A program made the position numbers and the translations under genes. The notes under the pieces were generated by a model, which saw only the letters and a program-made list of their open reading frames with translations, was not told the DNA's origin and did no database searches. Below are positions 52,596 through 64,000 of a stretch of DNA of 64,000 nucleotides, in pieces. The DNA comes from Eledone cirrhosa (Eukaryota): positions 294,066,001 through 294,130,000 of the forward strand of contig OZ024741.1 of assembly GCA_964016885.1 (NCBI GenBank), written 5' to 3'. Within the stretch, counting starts at the first letter, position 1; each line of letters starts with the position of its first letter.

Positions 52596-52978
52596 AAATG
52601 TAATCTGTGTTTATCGAATATTAATAATAACATTCGATTTGTTTGCAATTATGCAAACAAGCCTCAATTTTATAGCCATGTCAGTTGAATGAACACTTCA
52701 TTCTTGCTCTTGTGTTGGCATGTGAACAGTACTGCAGACACTAATATTTCTGGGTATCACCCTTCATCAGTACAACTGAGTGTTCACCTGCCAAATGAAC
52801 TGTACTGATGAAGTGTGATACCCAGAAACATTAGTGTCTGCAGTTCTGTTCGCATGCTAATACAAAAGCAAGAATGAAGTGTTCATTCTACTGACATGGC
52901 TATAAAATTGAGGCTTGTTTGCATAATTGCAAACGAATTGAATGTTATTATTAATATTCGAAAAACTCAGATTACATT
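52596..52978. repeat. Fold-back palindrome, arms about 178 bp
   Basis: 52596-52774 versus 52801-52978, about 12 mismatches by eye. Confidence 0.95.
52797..52846 (+). ncRNA. Type I hammerhead ribozyme motif (mirror copy on minus strand about 52729-52775)
   Basis: GAACTGTA-CTGATGA-AGTGTGATACCCA-GAAAC-ATTAGT-GTC-TGCAGTTC; 8-bp stem I, GUC site at 52836-52838; left arm retains stem II GGGT/ACCC. Confidence 0.75.
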
Positions 52979-53358
52979 TATTATATATATATATATATAT
53001 GTTTATATATACATTAGAAATACCTCTTTCTTTGAGCTATTTAATTGTAAAAGACTGTTTGAGTTTATAACTCTATATATAGTATGTTTATATATATATA
53101 TATTATTCATTCATATATGAAAATAATTCCTAATGGAGATTTTATATGTAAAGGTGTGCATATGTAGTGAATATATGCACACACATGGAAGAGATATGAA
53201 ATTCATCAAAGGAAATTTTATAAACATAATTAATGCTTATTTTTTATGTGATTTGTTTTATATTTCCATTTATTTCTTTTAAAGGATAGAAAAAAGTTTT
53301 GGAACATGACAGTGATATACAAAAAGTATTTTTTTTTAAAGTGGGTGTATGTATGTAT

Positions 53359-53398
<40 letters not shown>

Positions 53399-53399
53399 G

Positions 53400-53553
<154 letters not shown>

Positions 53554-53961
53554 TGTTGTATACAGGATGTTTATAAAAACATTTGACAGCCTTCCGTGTA
53601 TATATATATGTGTGTGTATATGTGTATGTGTGTGTATATATATATATATACAAGTGGAAGCTTAGTAAAATCGAAGCTTTGGCTGTGGCCAAGCTAGCGA
53701 CCTACAATTAGGGATGAGCAGCAAAGCACTCAATAAGGTAGGCCCTTAGAGTAATAACATATGCTTAGACAGCTTGACAAATTGATAATTGCGGCAGGCA
53801 GACCTAGCCACACAATACCCAAAACAATGAAAATACTAATCCAATTAGACAACTGACCTGGACATATCGAACAATATTTTGCAACACGTCCGATAGGTTT
53901 CTATGAATCCGAAATCATCCATCCAGCTTACATAATATGTAAGCCTATATATATATAAATG

Positions 53962-54470
53962 TCATCATCATCATCATCATCATCGTTTAACGTCCATCTT
54001 CCACGCTAGCATAGGTTTGGACGGGAATTTTCCCACTTGAGGCAAGATTGGTTGTTTTGCTCGTATAGGACTGTCTGGCGGGTTTTCTATGGGTGGATGC
54101 CCTTCCTAACACCAACCACGTTTACAGTGTGGGACTGGGAGGTTTTTACCATGTTACCTACACGGCCACATTACAGCATGGACTGTGTGTTTTTTTTGTC
54201 GTGACACCTACACGACTTCATTTATTTAGGACTGGATGTTGTGGTACCGATATAACTTTACATCGAAAGGAGTGGTTTGGATGGGGTGGGGTAGTGGGAC
54301 AGGGGTGTATTTTTGTTAAGAGGTGCCTACTGACTGTAGGTTTCGCTTTGTACTTAGGCAAGGCGGGTCTTCTGTATTACTGTGTAGCGCCAAAGATCTC
54401 GGTCCAGTGACATTGTCTTGGAGAGGTGTAAGTGTGTGAGGTTGGAATTTATCAAGTCGTCCCAGGTTTT
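53962..54470 (-). mobile_element. RTE-A 3' fragment
   Basis: Reverse complement of about 50010-50515. Confidence 0.9.
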
Positions 54471-55304
54471 TATATATGTATATATATATATGTTGGAGCA
54501 CTTATACTATATGTATGTGTATATGTATGTGTGTGTATATAAAAATATATATATATTTTTTTGTGTGTGTGTCACAATTATATTTTCTCTCAGTTGATGT
54601 ATTCAGCATTTTATTACTAAAGTTTGTCCGACATTTCATCATAGAACAATTTCCAAAGCTGCTAAACTAATACAGTATTAATGTCTACGAGTAATTGATA
54701 TAATTTAAAATATTAATTAAACACTCCTAATAGAATGAAAAAATGCTTCACAGAATATTAAAACATGTACAATACACATTGTTACTGCAAGATAAATACT
54801 GTTGATAATTTTTGTAGTAATACCCTGGTGAATTTCAGCTTAAACACATTAGTAAGATGGGACAAGATAAAAAACTATATATGTGTATATATATATATAT
54901 ATATAAATATATATGTGTGTGTGTGTGTGTTTATATGCATATATATTCAGGACTACAACGGCTCGGCTCCAGCTGTTAGATCCGGAACTGTCGAAACGAC
55001 CATAGCCCAGCCATCAAGGTCCAGAATTTTTTCATACTACCCACTTTGGTATCCCAAATATCGAGTACTCTGGTGGGTTATCGTCAACCTGGTTTTTTAC
55101 CACACCCTATCTGATATATGTGTGTGAGTGTGTGTATGTGTTTATCTTTTTTTTTACAAACTTTATTGTTCCAAACGAGCTGCAGAAAAATAATATTAAA
55201 TAATTGAATATAGTTATGCTTTTAATAACTTGTGCATTAACATCATCATCACTGTTATTTTACATCCATTTTCCCTGCAGGCAAGAATTGGACAGAAATT
55301 ATAT

Positions 55305-56050
55305 AACAATGAAATGTTTGTGTACAGTGCTCAGGTGCACTACAACTCATCATAGGTGCATGTATAGTACATAGAATAATATACAAATGTCAGGGAAGTG
55401 AATAGTGTATGAGCCATGATATACATGTGTGTATGTGTATGGAGGGGGAATATTAGGTGTAGTGTTGGCGAATCTCAGGAAGCATGGAGGTTTTAAAGGA
55501 TGCAGTGCCTCGACAGCTAATAACTGATGCAGGTAGTTTGTTCCATGCTTCAGCAACTCTGAGCATGAAAAAATGTTTCCGAAAGTCATGGGAAGTGTGC
55601 TGTTTTCTGACTTTGTAGGCATGCCCACTTGTGTTAGACACATGGAAATCAAAAAGGTACTCAGAGTTGTTGTTGGCAAGATGGTTAATAATTTTGTGGG
55701 TGTTTACCAAGTCAGTTGCCAGGCGTCGGAGCTTCAATGTATCCATGCCCAGGGAAGCAAGGCGTTTAGAGTATGGTAGATGCCTGATGGAGGGTATTTG
55801 TTTGGTTGCATGTCTCTGAACAGTTTCCAGGCGGTCAATGTTCTGAACAAAATAGGGGTTCCAGACTGGTGATGCAAATTCTAAGTGTGGCCGCACCATA
55901 GCTATATACAGCTTTAAATAGATAGCTGGAGAACGGCTGACAAAGGTCTTGCTGAGTGATGCTAAGACACCCTCGGCCTTCTTGAAAATGTTAGAGATGT
56001 GCTTCGTCCAACGCAAATCGCTGCTAACCGTAACGCCCAGGTCACGTTCA
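55305..56050 (-). mobile_element. CR1-clade LINE, 5'-truncated, open frame
   Basis: ERDLGVTVSSDLRWTKHI...RVAEAWNKLPASV. Confidence 0.92.
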
Positions 56051-57413
56051 CATTGTCTGAATGTGGGGTTGTAATCACTGAAGAAAGCGCACTGCATAAA
56101 CATAAAGATAAATGTGTATATTGTATAAAACACATGGCAAACTGGCATATACTTTCCTAAGTGCATGTGTAGGAGTCTGTGCATGTGTACTTACACATTT
56201 TCGAAGGATATTTGTTTTCATGAAGGACTTCACTGAATTTTTAGCACCAATGATACACTTTCCAATGGTTGATGAATGCAGCATCAATATCATAAGTTTG
56301 AGAACCTCTGAGGACCTAGGAAGATATATGCCAGTTTGACATGTGTTTCATATACACAGAAAAAGAGACATCAATTATTCCTTGAGATGGAAAACAAAAA
56401 TATTTAGTTAGCTATCAAGAAATAACATTTACAATATATAAATTGTAAATAGATATTAATTCTATGGAGTTCACAATTCTATGCACATAACCAATCAACG
56501 TCTCTTATTCTCCTATCTCCTTATCCACCCACTGATTTCTAAGAAGATTCTAACTTTTCTGAACATAAGAACATAACCCAGCCACAAAATTACTTGTGCA
56601 TAAACAGATACATGGCATGGTTCCACAGTTGAGTCACAGCGGTGGTGTAGTGGCATCCAGTGTTTCTTGGGATTTTTTAAGCCTATATCTCTTTCCAGAG
56701 GAGAAAGAGATATAGAGGAATTAGCATTAGTACTAGACTGGTACTTTTTAAGATCAACCTTCACAGGATGAAAGGGAAAAGTAACCTCGGCGAAATTTGA
56801 ACTCATAGAGCCAGAACAAATACCGCAAAGTATTCTATGTGACATTCTAATGACTACCAATTTGCTGCCTTGTATACAGATACATAACCAACTGTAATGT
56901 GACAGCATTCAATTTAGCCAAAATTCTTCTGAAGATATGTTCTAAATACATTGATGTCTAGTGAGTTAAAGTAAAACATTAATTCTTTAGTTCTAAAGTT
57001 AGGGCTTAAAATCTAATGGACATGACATATGGAAAATCTGATTGTATGAAATAGATCTCTGAAGAAAGCATAGCCCAAATTTTGTTATGTTGAGACATTT
57101 GTAAGGAACGCTGAATAAATACAGCTTTCAATATACATTTCATTGTTTTCTGTTCACTATTTATATATATTTGTATGCATGCGTATATATATATATATAT
57201 CTTTTAGCTGTTCTAGCCATCCGGCTGAGGCCATGGTGGGGCATGTATTTAGATGTGTATATATAATCCGTGTGTAAATTAGGAGGTGACCACTGCTATA
57301 AAAGGTACTCAATACATTAGTAGAGTATGGGTATATTTATTTTATTATAGAAACGACTTCTACATGAGTAAAACTGTTTCATTTGTAAGAAATCTTCCGG
57401 AAACTGTTCTAGT

Positions 57414-57495
57414 CCATGACAAGTGGAGAGATGCTGTGCTGAATAGGGCCTACCCCATCCTTGCAAGCAGGGAGAAGCGGACGTAAAATGATGAA
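57414..57495 (+). mobile_element. RTE-B extreme 3' end
   Basis: HDKWRDAVLNRAYPILASREKRT stop plus tail. Confidence 0.8.
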
Positions 57496-57497
57496 TA

Positions 57498-57551
<54 letters not shown>

Positions 57552-57563
57552 TATATATATATA

Positions 57564-57910
57564 ACATTGGCCTTGCAATCGAAAGGTTGTGAGTTCAATT
57601 CTCAGACCGGGTGATGTGTTGTTTCCTTGAGCAAGACACTTTATTTCATATTGCTCCAGTTTACTCAGCTGTAGAAATGGGGTCCCTATCATTCTACTGC
57701 AAAGTGGCCGTGGAGGTGCCACGGCAAAAAAGCACCCAGCCCACACTGTAAAGTGGACATGTAGGCGCCACAGAAAAAAAGCACCCACCACTCACTGTAA
57801 ATGAGGTTGGTGTTAGGAAGGGAATCCAGCTGTAGAAATCAACCCAGAATCAGTTCCTGTCCCACCCTTGCAAGCAGGGAAAAGCGGACGTAAAATGAAA
57901 TGATGAAATG
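57564..57910 (+). mobile_element. SINE-A, slightly 5'-truncated, two pseudoknot units
   Basis: Matches 35172 onward. Confidence 0.88.
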
Positions 57911-58639
57911 AATATATATATATATATTTGAGAGAGAGAGAGAGATTTGGATATGTGTGTGTGTATGCACATAAATATCGATTGCAGAGAATATAACTTA
58001 ATAAAAGAACAGCTTTCAAGTGATTAAGATAAAGAAGAACAATTACAGCTAATGAGATTGTTTATTAATAGTAAATGAATCGAAGAAAATAGAATAAGCA
58101 GCTGGGTCACCATTGGAGAGACATTAGATACTGAACTGTGTGGGGGTGTGAAGGAGAGTGTGAGAGAGAGGTGACAAGACCAGTATGGACATGTAGAAGA
58201 AAATAGAAAAGGATCAATTTTAGAAAAAATGTGAGTTACTGGGTGAAGTTTTTCATTAAAGAGTATATACCAAGGAAGACATAGAAGAAATTGATTTGAT
58301 GATATTTGATAATGTTAGGACTAACAAAGGAATGGTAAGAAAATCAAGGTATCTGGAGAGGTTTCTTATTACAGAAGGACCTCTTTTACTAACACCCAAA
58401 AATATCTGCCCCACAGATGTACAGCCTTCATAATCTGACCACTCCTTACACTAGGGTTTCAGGTATTTCAGCCATTCTCTTCCAATTCAATCTTTCACCC
58501 AAATAGAGCAAAAAGATTGACAGGCCCCTATGCTTAAACCTACTTAGCTTTTTGGATAATACAACCCTACTTACATTTCTACAACATTTTTGCTTCAGAG
58601 TTAATTAGTTGAATACATTTTGCACTGAAGACCACACAT

Positions 58640-58800
58640 CTCACACATTTCTACACTTCTCTCTTTGCCCATTCTACACCTTCCTTCAGACCCCACTAAC
58701 CACTATTCCCAATCTTTCACAATCATTTCTCCCTAGAATATCAAGTCCCTGGAATTCTCTTCTTGACTACATCTTACCTGCAGGTTGTTATGACATCAAA
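58640..58800 (+). mobile_element. Ancient CR1/L2/Jockey-group LINE 3' remnant
   Basis: SQSFLPRISSPWNSL resembles the SFFPR....WN.LP motif. Confidence 0.45.
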
Positions 58801-60084
58801 CATCAATCTCACCTATCTTAAAAAGCCTGCAAAGTCCATGAACACAGTCCCTTCATGAAGACCAAATTAATGTTTTAAAAAATATGGAAATTCCTTCCAT
58901 CTCATGTTTCCCTTGTAGTTTTCAATGTATAGCTTTTATCTACATCAGTCTTACCAGTAACAAAACATGTGTACAGGCCTTAAGCACACTCCATTCCTTT
59001 TGAATAAAACCTTTTAAAAAATCATATGAACAAGTTAAGTTAAAATGATGATCTTAATGAGGATAATGATTATGACTGATTGATTTAAAAGATATATTAA
59101 ATAAAAAGCCATGAATATATAGAAAAAAATATGAACAAAATCATTAGTAGTTTGACAAATAGAGGTTTATAAAATAAATACAAGATATAAAATTAAGTAC
59201 TAGGGGTGGGGGTTGATATTATTGGCTAAACCCTTGAAGGCCAGAGTGCATTGATTAAAACCAGTAAAATAGTATGAAGAGTTAACAGTCTATTTGTTAA
59301 AATCCAAATAGTTTCCTATTAATTCCTTAGGTATATGCTTGCCTAGTGGTAAGGGTGTTAGACTTATGGCCATACTGTCATGGGTTCATTTCCTGGACTG
59401 GTTTGTTTGTTGTGTTCTTGGGCAAATCAATTCATTACATGTTGCTCCTGCATACTCAATATTTATGTATGTATTTCATACGTTCACACAAACGTATATA
59501 CAAACATACACATATGTATATAAACATATATACATGCAGGCATGTATGTATACATACATATATACATACAAGTAAAACATTAATACTCATACAGATAGAT
59601 ATATACATAAATATGTTTATACATAAAATTCCACATATTTTTATCATTTTTCTCTCAGTTCATCACAAACATGAAAGATTGCTATCTATAAACACCACCC
59701 TCGCCACAACCATCTATCCTATACCAGCACCACCACCAACATTAATATTACCATCACCAGCATCACAAACACCATCACCACCACCACCAGCATCACCATT
59801 ACCACAATATCACTGTCACCATTATTAGCACAGCCTATCTCTATATCAATACTTCTACCATCAAAATTAACTATTTACTTTTATATTGCAATTGAATATT
59901 ACTAAGCATACAGTCACACACCCGCACAAATATATAATTGTATATATGTACACACACACACACACAGATATATATATCATTTAATGCCATGTTTTCCATG
60001 CTTATTTAAATGTTGATGATGATGATTATGTATATTTATAAATGTGCATGTGTATATACATATATGTTTACGTATATAAGTATC

Positions 60085-60109
<25 letters not shown>

Positions 60110-60115
<6 letters not shown>

Positions 60116-60160
60116 ATGCCAGCGTGGAAGATAGACGTTAAATGATGATGATGATGATAA

Positions 60161-60163
<3 letters not shown>
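60110..60163 (+). mobile_element. Minimal RTE-A 3' tail
   Basis: AAACCCATGCCAGCGTGGAAGATAGACGTTAAATGATGATG between (TA)n tracts. Confidence 0.75.
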
Positions 60164-60208
<45 letters not shown>

Positions 60209-60841
60209 TGAGAGAGAGAAATATACACTATATATAGATAGGTAGATAGATATGTATATGCATATTTGTATATATACATATATAAATATATATATGACCG
60301 TCATAAAAGAACAATTTATTAAATACAGTTTGTGCTAAGTTACATTTACCATTTCACAGTATTTAGTTTGTGGTTATTACTACAAGTCTTTGATATTTTC
60401 CTCTTGGTAAAAGAAATTGTCCATTTTTGGAATTGTGATGGCACCGACAATGATAATGATGGGGACAGTGGTGGTAGGGTGAATTTGTCTCTTGTTAAAC
60501 ATGTTATAGTGGTGTTATACATGTGTTGGTGTTAGACTAGCAATGGTGGCTTTATACATGTTGTAGTGGTGTTTGATATATATCAGAGATTTGATGTGTA
60601 TTGAAACCATATGGTTTAAACACACTTTCTCCAATATGTAAATGACTAAATATCAGCAGACAGGCACTCAGGAGCCATGACCTGGATGTGGCCCCACTGC
60701 ATTAGAATGTAAGAAGTTAAGGACCAAAACATTTGCTTGAGTGGGTTTTTTTTCTCTGAAAACTTTTTGCTGTCTTGCTCTCCTGAGAGTTTTTTTACCT
60801 CCATATTCAGTTGTGTGTGTGTGTGTGTGTCTATATATATA

Positions 60842-61187
60842 TCATCATCATCATGATCATCATTTTACGTCCGCTTTTCCCTGCTTGCAAGGGTGGGACG
60901 GGAACTGATTCTGGCTTGATTTCTACAGCTGGATGCCCTTCCTAACACCAACCTCATTTTACAGTGAGTGCTGGGTGCTTTTTTTTCCGTGGCACCTCCA
61001 CGACCACTTTGCAGTGGAATGATATGGACCCCAGTCCCTATCATCTCATTTCTACAGCTGAGTAAACTGGAGCAATGTGAAATAAAGTGTCTTGCTCAAG
61101 GAAACAACACATCACCTGGTCTGAGAATTGAACTCACAACCTTTCGGCTGCAAGGCCAATGCTCTAACCACTAAGCCATGTGCCTCC
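60842..61187 (-). mobile_element. Full-length SINE-A
   Basis: Reverse complement of 35145-35470. Confidence 0.9.
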
Positions 61188-61473
61188 ATATATATATATA
61201 TATATTTATATAAACCTCCATATATATATATATTTATATAATCATTACCTATGTCTGCATGAAAGGTGTCTGTAAAAACAATGATGATAAGCAGGAGAAT
61301 CATACAAATACATATATATTCACAACATGTATCTGAAGAATTAGTTATGTTTGTTTATCAGTACTTGTTTACAAAAGTACAGCGGGGGAAAAAATATATA
61401 TATACATACATATATGCACATATATATACATATATAGATATATAATATATGTACATATATTTTTTATATATAA

Positions 61474-61544
<71 letters not shown>

Positions 61545-63374
61545 CAGACAGAGAGAGAGAGAGAGAGAGAGATTGACTGACAGGTAGCTAGATATAGAAA
61601 CAGATAAACAAATAGATAAAGGTGTGGTGGAAGAGGAGGATGGGATATTGGTTAAATGGTTAAATTGTTGTGGGGGCCCCCTTGGCTATCTGACATGACT
61701 AAGTGAATTATAGTTTCACTGTAACAGTTTTAAGGAGGCCAAGCTCTTTATTGATTGCATTAGTTTAATCTGTTTAAAACTGTTGTATTCCACTTTGTCT
61801 TTATCCGGACTGCAGATATTAGTGATAAATTCCATTATTTCACTTCAGGAAAATTTACATTTCTATCAAGAATCTTTTATGGTCTTTTCATGTTAAATAC
61901 AAGAAGTAGTGTTGAGGTTTACACAAAGTTTTACCAATTCTTTCTATTTCTTCTTTGTTTTTATGTTTACTTTTTCCATGACCAGATGATCTTACTGATA
62001 CCAAAACATATTTTGTTTTTAAATGTGATACTTTTTTCACTGATCTATATGTTGTGAGACATATTCTTTATATGGGATCAACTACCCCCCCCCCCCCCCC
62101 AATCTAACCCAATCCATGGTTCTTAGCTATCATCAGGCCAACACTTATCCCTGATTTCTTTGGCGCTAAGTAACTGAGAGTATAAGGCTCTCCCTGGACA
62201 GGTTTAACTCTCCAGCTACTGTTGGTATTCATCTCAGCTGAGTATACTGCAGCAATGAAGTGTTTTGCTCAAGAACACAACACAGCAGCTGGTCCAGGAA
62301 TCAAACCGACGACATTACAATCACACGTCAAGCATCATAACCAATTCATGGTAGCAGGGAAATACAGATAAACAACATTGATAATGATGATGATGATGAT
62401 GATAATTGTGTGTTTGTGTATAAAATACTGGTGGTGGTGGTGGTGGTAGTGGTGGTGGTAGTGTAAGGGTTGCTGATAAGTGGTGATGTTTGTGGTATAG
62501 CTGATGGTGACAGTACTGGTAAATGTGATGGGGGGAAGGGGTGATGCTACAGAAGACAGTGGTGATAATGATGACAACTAATGATGATGATGCTAATGGT
62601 AATAGGGATTATGGTGATGATGATGATAGTGGTGTTGGTGGTGATGATAATGATGGAGGTATTTATAACAATGAAGGTGGTAATAATGATGATGGTAGTA
62701 ATGATAGTGATAATGATGGTGATGGTGATAATATTGAACACAATGAAATTTCAGACAGGCATTTATGAGACAGGGACACCTCCACACATACACATACACC
62801 CCCCCACACACACACACACCTACACACCCACACGCCAACATACCCACACACAGACACACACACATACACACGCCTACACACTCCACACACCAACATACCC
62901 ACACACATGCCTTCACACCCCACACACACGCCTACACACTCCACACACACCACACATACACATGAATGTATGTGCGCACATGCTAACACACACAAACACA
63001 CACATATACAGCTGTGCTTTCTTCCTCACTGTTGATATCACAGTATGGTGGTCATTTGTGGTTTGGAAACTTGGTTGACCGTTATCTTGGTATTCTTTAA
63101 TTAAAATTTATTTTAATTAGCACTCAGTTCAATGATGTCTTTGATGAAGAATAAAACACAAACAAAAACTAAATAAGAAAACAAAACAAAACTAAAGGTG
63201 TGGTTGTACTAATTCATCTTTGAAAAGTACAATTATTTCCACAGTCTGTTGGTCAACTCTGTAATACCAATCTTCTAATGAAACTAATTCATCAATAGTT
63301 TCTTCTACACAGTAACATATGTATGGGGGATGGGAGGAGTTGACAGATTAATTACAGAAGTTTATTTACTTCAG

Positions 63375-64000
63375 GGGTGTGTGATGGATGGGGGATGTGT
63401 GTCTACTTGTGTGTGTGATGGATGAGTGGATGTGTGTGTACTTATGTGTGTGGTAGATGTGTGTGTACTTGTGTCTGATAGATGAGTGGATGTGTGTATA
63501 CTTATGTCTGATGGATGAGTGGATGTGTGTGTACTAGTGTGTGTGATGGATGAGTGGGTGTGTGTCTACTTATGTGTGTGATGGATGGGGGGATGTGTGT
63601 CTACTTGTGTGTGTGATGGATGAGTGAATGTGTGTGTACTAGTGTGTGTGATGGATGAGTGGATATGTGTCTACTCGTGTGTGTGATGGATGGGGGGATG
63701 TGTGTGTACTTATGTGTGTGATGGATGAGTGGAAGTGTGTGTACTTGTGTGTGTGATGGATGGGTAGATGTGTGTGCATCTATGTGTGTGATGGATGAGT
63801 GGATGTGTGTGTACTTGTGTGTGATGGATGAGTGGATGTGTGTGTACTTATGTATGTGATGGATGATGTGTGTGTACTTGTGTGTGATGGATGAGTGGAT
63901 GTGTGTGTACTTGTGTGTGATGGATGAGTAGATGTGTGTGTACTTGTGTGTGATGGATGAGTGGATGTGTGTGTACTTATGTATGTGATGGATGATGTGT
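63375..64000. repeat. Minisatellite, about 33-bp unit GTGTGTGATGGATGAGTGGATGTGTGTGTACTT
   Basis: Many tandem units running off the window end. Confidence 0.92.

Noticed and set aside
52596-52978. Strand-biased G:U mismatches implying selection on an RNA hairpin
   Set aside because: By eye about 5 plus-strand wobbles, 2 minus-strand wobbles and 5 transversions; too few, and compatible with ordinary transition bias
63375-64000. Telomeric repeat
   Set aside because: No TTAGGG; ordinary GT-rich minisatellite

Overview
AT-rich animal genomic DNA dense in microsatellites and retroposons. The repeat complement (RTE, CR1 and Dong/R4 LINEs, tRNA-derived and Nin/Deu-domain SINEs, long (TA)n tracts) most resembles a coleoid cephalopod such as Octopus; this is an inference. 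No host protein-coding exon could be supported: all meaningful ORFs are LINE ORF2 fragments and the rest are microsatellite translation artefacts. Main structures: (1) two young RTE families, A and B, with a PHD-like finger inside ORF2, 5'-truncated at (TA)n; (2) a modular SINE whose tail matches RTE-B and whose body shares with the RTE-A 3'UTR a repeated CTGTAAA-loop hairpin plus covarying H-type pseudoknot; (3) about ten fold-back palindromes of mostly unrelated sequence, several carrying intact or decayed hammerhead ribozyme motifs typical of Penelope-like elements or retrozymes; (4) a complete 2.25-kb non-coding LTR element with tRNA-Trp PBS, 4-bp TSD and non-canonical TG..AA ends nested in a SINE; (5) a possible promoter and first exon near 40.1 kb. 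Coordinates were read by eye and edges may be off by a few bases.
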